Shown: positions 1-12,600 of the stretch, piece after piece | Layout of the letters: the number at the start of each line of letters is the position of its first letter | Numbering within the stretch: the stretch's first letter is position 1 | Source of the DNA: Octopus vulgaris | Taxonomy: Eukaryota | Reading direction: 5' to 3' | DNA length: 64,000 nucleotides | Assembly (NCBI GenBank): GCA_951406725.2 | Contig: OX597819.1 | Location: 930,001-994,000, forward strand | Notes under the pieces: model-generated | What the model was told of the DNA's origin: nothing | Database searches by the model: none | Seen by the model: only the letters and a program-made list of their open reading frames with translations | Position numbers and translations under genes: made by a program

Positions 1-158
1 TTCAAGATAAAGGAGAGAATGAAGAAATGCTGAAAATGAGTAAATTTGGAGGGCTATTTTTTGGTATGTGCTGCAGTTGTGTTGAAGTTAGAGATGTTGG
101 TATCATTGTCTCAATATTATTCATGGTGAAAATAAAGATAAAATAAAGACCATTTTAA
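1..158 (-). other. Start of the 3' UTR of the FIP gene
   Basis: Directly follows the TGA at 161-159; no poly(A) signal identified within the window. Confidence 0.75.
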
Positions 159-275
159 TCACTGGTTGATTTCAAGTAAAGACTGGTTCTTCTCTAATAT
201 CTTAAGGATGATTTTATCAACATACTTCTTGAGGCGATCATTGACATCTTGCTGTTCTTTCAAAGCATTCATTAG
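159..275 (-). CDS. RAB11FIP4: Last coding exon: Rab11-binding domain (LMNALKEQQDVNDRLKKYVDKIILKILEKNQSLLEINQ*)
   Basis: Acceptor ttcag at 280-276, TGA at 161-159; FIP-RBD signature (Y[VI]D-x-II-x-x-I-L-E). Confidence 0.95.
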   Translation of the reverse strand, partial: LMNALKEQQDVNDRLKKYVDKIILKILEKNQSLLEINQ

Positions 276-3200
276 CTGAAATAAAATTAAACCATACAAT
301 GTAAACAGTATAAAAATTGTTAATACCAAATGGTATTTGCTAGGTCTTGCCAAACACACACACATAATACTGATTTCATATTTTGGTACAAAGCCAGTAA
401 TTTCAAGGGAAGTGGGTTAGTCAATTACATCGAGCCCCAGTACTCAATTGGTACTTATTTTATTGAGTCTGAAAGGATGAAGGGCAAAGCTGACCTTGGT
501 GGAATCTGAACTCAGAACATGAAGACAGATGAAATTCCATTAAGCATTTTACCTGGTGTGCTAACAATTCTACCAGTGCACTGCCTTTATCTCTCTATAT
601 ATGCCCAGTTATAATAAAAACAATTTTACCTTAAACTGAAGGATTACTCATTAGCTTCTGTATAATACATGTTTATTATTCTTTAATAAATAGTGTTGAT
701 AGTGATTTTGAAGTTTTGGCCTGCTTAACCTTCACTGGACTCGGATGAAGGCCAAAACTTCAAAGTCAGTGACAACACTATACAGGATGCGATTGGTAAA
801 TTGTCACTATTTTATATTTTTAGTTTTGTCAACTACACAGTACAGTAGGGTCAGTTGGGCACCATGTGTGAGAGAAACAGCACCTTGATGTAATTCACTC
901 TGCCAGAAATTTGGAAACAACAAGTTGTATTGCTTGGCATTCACACTGGAAGCTCTAATACGAACATTTCAGAGTGTTTGGGGGGTCAATCTGAGGACAG
1001 TACAATCAGAGGACATATGCTGAGAGTAATAAAAATCAAACATCTAGACATCATGGTGTTTGGAGTGATCACTAGTGATGGTGACGTTATGCCTCCATTC
1101 ATCTTCCCATATGCTGTCAGACTCAACACGGAGGTCTACATCAAGTGCCTGGAGGAAGTAGTGCTTCCCTGGGTCAAGAGGGTGGCTGCTGGAAGACTGC
1201 CACAAAAGCAAGAGAACCCAGTCGTGGCTGTCAGACAGTTTCTGCAACCACATCACCCCTAACATCTGACACCTAACTCCCCAGACTGCAATCCCTTGAT
1301 TATTATGTGTGGGGCACAGCTGAGCAAGAGACCAATAAAACTTCTTGTAACCCCAAAGATGAACTGAAGACAAGGATTATGGCAGCATTCAGCTATTTAA
1401 ACAAGGAGACCATCCACAAGAGTTGCAGGAGAATCCGAAGTTGTTAGGAGGCTGTGGTTGAAGACAATGATAATTTTATTGAATAAATTTACTCTTTAGT
1501 ATTTCAAGATATTTTTATGTAATTTTGGTTGATATATCTGTTAAAATGAGATGTTGGTGTTATTTTCAGTTTTGCATAATTTAGGCATCAGTTTATTCAC
1601 TGCACCCTGTATATATTGAATCACATTCCTCTCTCTCTCTCTATATATATATATCTTGAAAGTGCATGGTTTAGCTCTTAAGGTATTCAGCTCACAATTG
1701 TAAGGTCATGAGTTCGATTCTCAGCAGTGCATTGTGTCCTTGAGCAAGACACTTTGTTTTATGTTGCTCCAGTCCAATCGGCTTGCAAAAATGAGTTGTA
1801 CCCGTAATACAAAGGGCCAGCCATGTCACACTGAATCTCTCTGAGAAATACGTTAAGAATACATGTGTTTGCGAAGTACTCAGCCACTTGCACATTAATT
1901 TCACAAGCAGGCTGTTCCTTTGACCAGGTCAATTGGAACCCTTGTCTTCGTAACTGATGGAGTGCTACTCACATATGAATAAATGCAAGAAGAGACGCAA
2001 TCTAAATTTAGCATTATTATATAACTTGTCCAAGCATTAAGTATTAGCTTCTCTGGTAGAAAAACAAAGATTAACAGTACAGATTTTTTTATCGACAACT
2101 TCAGTTTCATAACTCTATTCTTAGAGCTTTTTTTCCTTATTTGGATTTATAATCAGCACATACCTCTTCTTTACTTAAGTTATCAATTTCATCTGCTAGT
2201 GAAATGGCTCCATTATACTTAAGTAGTCGTCGACCTTCCTCCATACAACGATTTAATAACTGAACATTTAAGTCATCATTAGAATCCCGAAGAGTACGAT
2301 TCTCCTAAAAAAGAATGGAAAAGCATTAAAGAAACTTTTGTTACATTTGAAGATCTGAAAAACATACGAAATATAAAACTCTACATCAAACTTGATCCTA
2401 TCATTTAATATTTTTGCAACAGACACTCTCACTGTACAGCTTTGTCCACATGTATTTTTTTTTTTTTTGGGGTTTCAGAGCTTCAAATGAAGACCAGTTT
2501 TCTTTAAAAGACAATTTGTAATTTTGACAATACTAATTCATTCAAAAATACAATACTAATTCACTCAAACATAACATAAAATATTTAGTTACTAAAGATT
2601 TACATTGCATAATTTGAAAATCAAATATTTCTTTTTCTAATTAATAATTATGTACAAGTATGCAGTCTGTGAATGTTCCCAATTAGCAATACATAATTAG
2701 ACAAACCAGCAAAATGAACATGCCATGCATTAAAACTGATTGACAGAACAACTAAATTGGGGTTAAAACGTGCAGATGGCAATGGTCTGGAACCTGCTCC
2801 AAGACTGTAAGTGGTTACCACTTAAGAAAAGGATGGAAAAAACAATCAAATTCTGCTTGGATGAAGAGATGATTGCAGGATTTGAGATGAAGTAGGGGAG
2901 GAGGAGAAGGAGCAAAGAGGGAGGAAGAAACAAAAGAAAAGGGTAAAAAGGTCAGAACTGGAAATTGATAACAAAAAATAAAGTATTGTAAAAGCTCTAT
3001 TTTTTAAAAACTTTTGATGGTACACAAACAGAAGAAAATTAGAAAAAATATTTATGTAACTCTGGGAAATACAAGGCATGTTAGAAACCAACAAGTTGCT
3101 GAATTACAGACAATTCCTTGATATATAAAGAGGGAAAAAAAAAAATCGAGATTATTATACTTCTTTTTCCTTACTTACAAAGCTGTTATGAAACACTTGT

Positions 3201-6200
3201 TGTTTGACCCCAAGTCAACCCTTTCTAATGACTTCATTTTTAAGACGGTTAAGTTTGATTTCAGAGAGATTTGGTAGCTATGTTTAGCAGCTCAAGTGAC
3301 CACATAGAGGCTCCTTCATTGGTTCAACAATACTAGACTGTTTATAGAGATATGTATAAAAGCTAATTTTACCTCGCAAACTGTTGAAAGGATTCCAAAA
3401 TCAAATCCCGGAAAAGCATCTCCATTTTGTTCCATCCTTACATTCCCATCACTGTCTGAAACTCATCTTTTCCATCATATTTAACCATGTATTTCTCGTT
3501 ATTTCCGCCACATTTTTTCACATTTATTTTCATCACTCCTTGACTCAGTTACTTTCATCCCTTCTCAGCATCACCTGACTCGGACATTTCAGTCCATTTC
3601 TCACAGATCCATCTCATTTCTCTTGCTTCATTGTCTTCATCTCTCTCATCCACCAAACAATTCACTTTGTTTTCTAGGATTCTATGCTGCTCTACGTCCA
3701 TTACTCAAGTCACAGCACTTCCCACATGCAGCACACTCCTTCCCCGCCTCATCATCAAGCTCAATCTATCTTCTCCTAGGTAACAAAATGCTTTCACACC
3801 TTCCATCTTCACACCATTTCCTAGATCTGGCATTTCCTCTATCTGCAGCTCCCTCAATACACACCTTACATTTAACAGTAGCTGCTATCTTGGATAATAA
3901 TCCTCTATCATCACGACACTTTTGATACACCCACCCAGTGGGTCCAAAACATTTCCTGCAAACTGCACATACCACTTCCCTATTCTCTCTCCCTCACCAC
4001 ATGCTACCACCTTTGTCATTCCAGAGACATTCATCTTCATACCTTTCACTTCATTAAATTCTTCTCATTTGTTCATCTTTTCCTTCAATCCATTCATACT
4101 CTCTTGTTATTAACACCAGATCATCTGCATACAGCAACCCACAGGGTAAATCCTCCTTTACACTTTGAATCAGTACTTCCATCATGATTACAAATAATTC
4201 CCAGGACTATTCTAATCAACTATTTCTGCTGTTGTTTATAGCTGGTTTATGAGAGTATATATAAAATTTTATCAATAGTTATGCAAAATTAGGGAACCTC
4301 TCTAGGTCAAGCAGCTGCTCCATTGCATTGAGAGGTCACAACTCTGATACTATGGACATGTGATGAGAATGTTGCAGGAAAGAGTTGCAAGATAAATCCA
4401 AGCCAAGCTAGCTTGCAGGAGACCCAAAGGTAGACCAAGGACAATAAGGTTGGATAATATCCATAGTGTTAGTTGGTCATGCTTGGGAATCCAGCCGGAA
4501 AGTGTAATGATAGTTGCTTCTGATAGGATCCTATAGAGGAGATGCCTGAGGGCTCTATTTCCATGACCCACCCAGGAATAGTGAGAAGAGAAGATGAATG
4601 GACAGACAGTCTCACAATTGAACCATGGAAAAGAACAGAAAAATAATGGAAGATGAACAAATTTTGTCCAAGTAAAGAATGAAGATTAAAAAAAAGAAAA
4701 AAAGAAGGGTAGAGAAAACTTCTCCTCCCTATCTCAATTGGTATTTCATAAAGCCAGGAAGTCAGAGATTTAAAATTGACCCAAGTACTATTTTAACTTG
4801 GGATACAGAAGGAGAAAAAAATCTTTTAGGCATTTAGACCAGTAAAAGATATTGAAGATGGTAGAGACATCTGGTTCAGAGTTGCAACATGTGACTCAAC
4901 AAAGCTTGCATGGTTGTGACGGAGTTTTGTTGCCTACATCTGCCTTGGGCAGCTCTAGTGTCACAGTGGAAAGGGCTGAAAATACTACAGAGCTGTTTCA
5001 CTGTCTAGTGGGACACTGACTCCTGCATTTGGAGATGGAGTACATCAGCAGCCTCAGTACATAAGCGATTATCTTAAATGTTTTCTATTTTGTAGTAAAA
5101 GAATGTACGTTGACATACAAAACTGAATCCATACCCCACCACCAATCATTAGTAAAGCAACAAAACATTAAAAGAAAAAAAACCGGGTGGGTCTCATTTA
5201 CTATTTCTAATTTTTTTGTATATATTTCATATATTTATACTTGTATTATATTTAGAACATAGTATTAAAGTTGAGCCACTGAGAGAATCTTTACAGGGGT
5301 GCTTAACCTGTTAAAAATAGCAGCTATATTTCCTTTAAACTACACCTTGCAGGCATGACTAGAGACACAAGCATAGCAGCAGAATTACAAAGTTCCAGGT
5401 TTGGTCACACAGAGTGACAACACATTGAACAATTGTCTTTTATTATAGCCTTGAGCTGACCAATGGTTTGCGAGAGAAATTGGTCAAAAGGAAGCTTACC
5501 GTGTGTGTGAATTGTTACCAGTGTCCTCATTAACAACACATAAAAATGGGTATAAAAATGGACAATATAGAAGCTGATATAAAAAGAGTCAGGTTGGTCA
5601 TGGCTGGTATTGTTTGGATGATCAGTGTTGATCAAGAACTAAACAACAGCCATACCTGTGTTGCTATTGTCACAAACAGAATTATTTTCTCTAGGATTAA
5701 TAAAATATCTAACAATAATATTCTGTTGTTAGTTCAGTCAGCCATGACACTTTCTAACAAAACTTGGAGTTACATCTAAGAGAGAGACTTATCATTGTGG
5801 GCTTTTTTCCGTCTTCACATTCTGAGTTCAAATTCTAAGATCAACTTTGTGTTTCATCCTTTTGGAGTTGATGAAATAAGTACCAGTCAAGCACGGAGGT
5901 TGATGTACTCAACTAGCCTCCTCCCACCAGATTTCAGGCCTTGTGCCTATACTAAAAAGAATTATTATTATTAGGCGGAGTCATCAGAGCATGAGACAAA
6001 ATGCCTAGTGGTATTTGTTCTGACTTATTACATTCTGAGTTCAAATTCTGCTGGGGTCAACTTTCCCTTTCATCTTTGTGCAATTGATCAAATAAAGGGC
6101 TGAGGTTTATCTTGCCAATTAACTTCCTTCTCAGAATTACAGGCCTTGTGTCAAAAGTTTGAAACCAGGGCTACTGTTATTAAGGTGGAGAGCTGGCAGA

Positions 6201-9200
6201 ATTGGTAGACCAAATGCTTAGTGGTATTTCTTCTGCCTTTATGTTCTGAGATCAAATTTCACCGTGATCAGTTTTGTCTTTCATTCTTTTGAGGTCGATA
6301 AAATAAGTAACCAGTCAAGTCCTTAAGGTCAAATGTAATCAACAGACCCCCTTCCCCTAAAATTGTTGGCCATGAGTCAGAATTTGAAACTATTAATGAT
6401 ATTCTTCTTTTGGGATCAACAAAATAAGTACTGGGGTCATGGCAACTGACTTGCCTCATCCCTCAAAGTTGCTGGCCTTGTATTATTATTATCATCATCA
6501 TCATCATTAAGATGACAAACTGGTAGAACAGGTAAAGCATTGGACAAAATGCTGAGTAGCATTCCTTCTCAGTTTTTATATCTGAGTTCAAACACTGCTG
6601 AGGTCAATGTTACCTTTCATTCATTTGAAGTCAATAAAATACTTTCCCCCTCCCCTCAAAATAACTGGCTTTGAGCCAAAATTAAAAAGATTTATTTATT
6701 TATGAAATCCGTATTGTTTACAGATTTCAATTAGCTAGAGAGCCAATTTAAAGTAGATTTAATTAACACCAGTGTATAACTGGTATTATTTTTATTAACC
6801 CCAAAGTATGGAAAGGCTGAGTAACTCAGTCTAGTTTCAACTCAACAGTAAAGTGTTCTGTCAGATATTATCTTAGGCTTTCCATCTCAGTTCAATATAG
6901 TTAAATTTAAGACTCATCATTCAGATATTTTAAACCTATATGAGGTGTTTTCAAGTAAAACATTCCCTGAAATGCTTAGCAGTAACTTATAGGCTTAGCA
7001 TGCCATATATGTTGTTGGTTATAACTATAACTAATCAGGTTGATCTGATTAAGCAGCTTGTGATCAAGAACTCAAAGGTATGCCAAAACAAGACCATCTT
7101 GTCTTCTCTAGGAGTGTTTTACGACTACAGTGTCTAATGAGTACCTTAAGTTAGTAGGGTGTAATTTCAAGGAGATTTGGTTGAATAACCATATATAGGC
7201 TCCCTCATTGTCTTGTTAGTCTGGCATTTTGCTGCACACCATCCTATGACACTGGTCATCCTATAAGGCTTATTAATGTGGCTGCCATTTAAACTTTTTG
7301 GATTTGTTTTATCCATTTTGTGACTGTTTTCAATTTTATGAAACAGTATCCACAGTAAAAAAAGCAAGGCAACTCAGCAAATGCAGAGTGATTCAAATAA
7401 TCAAAATTCAGAATCTGAGTTTAGTTTAACTTTCAATGTTGGAAGTTATTTTGATGAGTTTTGGTCTAAATACTGTAACAAAGATATTTTTTTGAAAGTA
7501 GTTAGGTGTTTGGTCATATTAAAATACATGCAAGGGTTATAACAAACTTGTGCTCACCACATGTCTAAATAACATTTTAATTTACACAGTTTTGATTTGG
7601 TGTAGGTGGGTCATGGAGTGTGCAATGCACAGACAGTAATAACATGGATCATGCTGTTTTAGTTTAATTTGCTGTATTTTCTTTATTCTAAGAGAAATAA
7701 GTTGCAGGGGAAGAAGATGTCTGTTTTAATGAGTTCATCAGACATAACAGTTACAGAAAATAAATCAGGACTTAATAGGACTTGGATCATTTTGTAAAGC
7801 AGGAATAATGCTACTGGGGATATGAATTTAGCTATTTGCTAAAGCAAAATGTGAATATAATGAGAGGTATTTTAATAATGACAATATTCTTGCAGATAGC
7901 CAGAAAGGTGGTAAAGCACTTAAGTGTATATAGGGAAGTGAAGGGTGACTAGAAAAATGAACAACAACAAAAGCATGCAAAAGGATTGTCACGAAACAAA
8001 ATACAAGCTCAAATATGCAACAGTAGAAAAGCAGATGTAGCATTCACAAAATTGTTGGTTTCAAACATGCAAAAATTGAAATAAAATAAATAAAACTAAT
8101 AAAATATTTTTTCTAAATTAGATGTTAAGATGCCTTACCTTATAAAAAAGTAAAAAAAAACAACAACTTCTAGAGTAAGGTATGAATTAATGCACTAGGA
8201 GTTCAATATTTGTTATATTCAATCCTCACATCTCACTCATTAATGTAATGAGTACTCACAGGAATACTTATCGAATTGAAATTAGATTAATACAGATATA
8301 GTTTCTATCAAATAAATTCCACTAACAAAGTTTTGGTGAATCCAAGGTTATAATGGAAGAAACTTATTCAAGGTGTCACATAAGGGGCATTGAATTTGAA
8401 ACTGTAGAGTTGTAAGCAAGTCAATCTAAAGCAAAATTAATTTCCATAAGAAATTGAACTCCTAATATATTAATTCAACTTAGCCTGCTACTCTAACACT
8501 AAACTATCATCTTATGATACCAAGAAGATTATAACAGCATGTAAAATAACAGCATGTTAATGAAGTGTTCTTATATGGAAAAAATATGGTTAAATTTAGT
8601 TTCAACAGTTTATTTAAATGAAACCATATTCTTCAATGTTTTAATCAGATTCTATCTTATAATGAATCGTATTTCACTGTCATAATAAGTGCTATCTTTT
8701 GCATAGTGTAAGAAATACTTTGTGCTCACTACACTAGTATTGGTTCTATCCCCATTATTAACTAAAATGCTTAGGAGATCTAATCACATCTTATCTTTAA
8801 TCTTGGTTTAATGAAGTTGTTATAATATAATGAAATACTAAGTAACAAAATCTTTTCAATTTCACTACATGTTAAAAGTGAAATGAAATTGAAAATGTAA
8901 AAAACATTTTTTCGTACAAATTCTATCTTATTATCAGGCACCAGTTTTTTATAAAATTGGTTAAACTACTCTTACCTTTCTAGAAATTACATTTTACTAT
9001 TAAACCCTTTTGAAGTCATAGCGACTCGGTGTGAAACCTTGTGTTGAAATTGAAACAATTACATTGCGGCGGAGACATTTTAACCATCTAAGATTACAAT
9101 GCCCACCAATGTATTTATTTTCCATTTATTTCTTGATAGTACTGTTTATTATTATGAAATGTGAGAAAGTTTTTTTGTGCCTTGGGACCTGTCACTGATG

Positions 9201-9630
9201 CACTTCCATTATACAAGGACACTGTATCAGTGATAATGTTCCAGAAGAGTACAAAAACATTTTGGCAGCACTATTTAGAAATAAATGGAAAGTGAATTAT
9301 ACAGGAGTGGGGTTGTACTTTTGGATGGCTAAAAGGCAAGATATAATTTAATTCCTTTGCAATCTATCAGACTAAAGTTTAATATTTATACAAAACCAAC
9401 AATCATGAGTGTGCCCAATCCATTATGCTGATGTTTGGTGCCATTCAGATAAAATTAGGATTACTAACCTGCCGTAAAACCTTTGAAGCAAAGTAAATAT
9501 AAACAATTATTTTAAACAGAAATTGTAATTACTTAGAATAAAACAGAAATTAACAAAAATAACAAACCTGTACCTAAACAAATTCATATTGACTATGTAT
9601 GTATATTGATATATATTGTGTATATGTGTA

Positions 9631-9682
<52 letters not shown>

Positions 9683-12600
9683 GGTTCTTTGAAAATACAA
9701 TATTATTCCTGTTATTTCAATGAATATGTAGAATAAGAAGACAAATGTCACAATAAACATTTGTGTTATTCTAAATTCAGTTTGCCTTTTTTAATAATTT
9801 TCTTTATATTTAAGGCTGTTATGCAAATTATATATAAAATAAGTAGACCTTTTGCTACAATTGTTTCATAATGCCAACCATAGCTGTATAAAGGATATTT
9901 TGATACAAGAAAATTCAATTCTTTTTACACTTCACATGTATAGGTTAGATCATCAAACTGAGGCAATATATGTTATGGGAGCATATGGGTGTTTCCTCAC
10001 AGCATGAAACACGATTGAAAACTGGTTAAGGATACATTTTCTAACATAGACAGGCTTATGCAATGCCTGCAATATTTAAGTCCACTGCATCTTACCTTCC
10101 AAGATTACAACTAACTTCTTTACTCCAAAATATATTGGATCTAAGTCTGCTTTTCTTTTTATCATTATAAACACTTATCAAACAAAACCTAACAAATTCC
10201 AGCTCACATAGTAATATCAGTAGTTTTACAACCCATCTGCTTTGGAGCTAACATTTCTCAACTTTCTCTGGTGTAATGCTGTTTTTAAAATCTCAACTCT
10301 CTTAATCAGATTCTACACTATAACAAGTAACGTTTTATTGACATATAATACTTATCTTTCGTTTGGTGCAAAAAAGAGTTTGTGTCCACTACACTGGTAT
10401 TCATTGTAACCCCAACATTAATTAAAATACTTAATTCGTCTATTCACGTTTGTCCCTTTTAATCCTAATCCTAACTTTGAAGAAATCTTTGTAATGTTTA
10501 AAACATGACTATAACTCAGTGACTGTCATACTCCCACAGAATACTCATTCAACACAATACTCTCATAGAACTCTCATTGACAACAATGCTCCTACAAAAC
10601 ACTGATTATAATGCTCTTACAACAATACTTACTCCTATAAAACATTCGTTCAACACAATGATTTTATAAAACATGCACTTAGTATGACACGCCTATAGAC
10701 CACTCATTTACTACAATACTCCTTAGTACATCCACTAAAAACAACAACCTATCAGTCCTAAAACATTTCATGTTATGAGAATCCAGAAAATATGATATCA
10801 ATATAACAGTTATTAGAGGAGAGAATCACCATTTTAAGTAGAAGTCAAAAAATAACTAAGTTGCTACTGTAAATGGTTTGACATTTTTTTCTTTTTTATA
10901 CTTAAACCAATTTACAAATATTTTCTCACACTATTAATGGTTGAATATGTTTACCTAAAGTTTTTTATTGTTAAGTAAACTTATTGGACAAGTAAAAAAA
11001 TTTTTTTTTTTACTAAGTAAAACAAATCATATATAAATTTGAATACTTTTGTCCATATTTCTATGTTATGGTCATGAAGTTAAGCATCTTAACCCTGCAA
11101 CTATTGCATATTTCAACCTATATATATCATCATAGCAAATACAGTGAATGACAGAGCATGCAATTGAAAAGAAAACGAAATGCAACAAAGACAAAGGGAC
11201 TGAAACATAACAGAGATAAGTGGTAAAACAAAAACGATAAAATATTGAAGATGAGGTTAATGGAATGCAAAGGAAACAGCTTAAATTTTTCAACATAAAA
11301 GAGTTGTTATTTATTTATAAGTTAATGAATGACAATGCTGTGTATATAGACATATGTATGAATGTGCATATGTGTGTACAGGTATGCATATATTTGTGCG
11401 AACAATGTGTACACAATATGTCTAGTTTGAAAACAGAAATTAAGAAATAGCTGTGTTATTTCTCTATTCCATTAAAACACAATTATATTTACACATCATC
11501 ATTTAACATCTGACTTCCAAGCTGGCGAGAGTAGGACAATGTGACAAGATCTGATGAACCAGCAGACTGTGTCATACTCAAACATTTGCTTTTGTATGGT
11601 TTCTTTAGCTGGATGCCCTTCTTAATAACCACTTCCCAGAGTGTACCAAGTGCTTTCATTTTTTACATGATACTAGCACTGAAAATCACCTCATATCTTG
11701 CAAGGTTAAAAGCCTAAAGTGAATCTATAACTGAAGGAAAATAAAGGAGAGTGGGCAATGGTCCTAGGCAAGGGGATGGAGGATGATGAAAAATGATGAA
11801 AGGGACAGATTTATAGTTATTCTCAATTACAATTATTGTGGTAAAATAAAACTGAAATACAAAAAATAAATAAAAGAAATATCAAATTTTCAAATATTAA
11901 AGAAATTTCTTTTTTGTTGTATGAATGTTTACCTTTTAGCATATGTAGAAATATACAAAAGATTAAAAATTAGGAAAGTAAAGGAACTCTCATAAGTGTT
12001 CTATAAATCTTAACTTCATCATCGCTTTCCTAAAAATATGCTATAATTTATTGCACATTTACAAAAACACAGCTTATTTAAATTGACTTTTGTTTGTCAC
12101 TGTTCTACAATCAACATTTTGGGGGAGGGCTAGTCAATTAAATCAACCCCATTATGCAACTGGTACTTATTTTATCAACCCTGAAAGAGTGAAAGGCAAA
12201 GTTGACCTCGGCAGAATTTGAACTCAAAATGTAAGGACAGATGAAACTGCTAAGCATTTTGCCCGATGTGCTAATGATTCTACCAGCTTGCCTGGTAAGA
12301 AAAGTGGACTTGGACAACATAACATCTATGTCTGCTGACATAGACAGGTTTCAAATCCAGATTTAGAATTTTAGAAAATTATCTAAAATTTTTTTGTTAT
12401 AAAAATTATTAAAAGAAATCTAATTGAAAATCTTAAAACAATATTTCACTTATTTCATTACTTAAAAATGCAAATTCACATGAAACATTAAACAAAAAGT
12501 TGATTTTTTCTCCCTCAATTTAATCATGTTTGTGTTGTATTTTGCATACATAAAAAGAAGAAACAAATTTCCATAAAATTCCTCTTACTTGTCAACTTAT

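Noticed and set aside
9000-9340. piggyBac-like MITE starting TAAACCCTTTTG
   Set aside because: No convincing right TIR or TTAA TSD.
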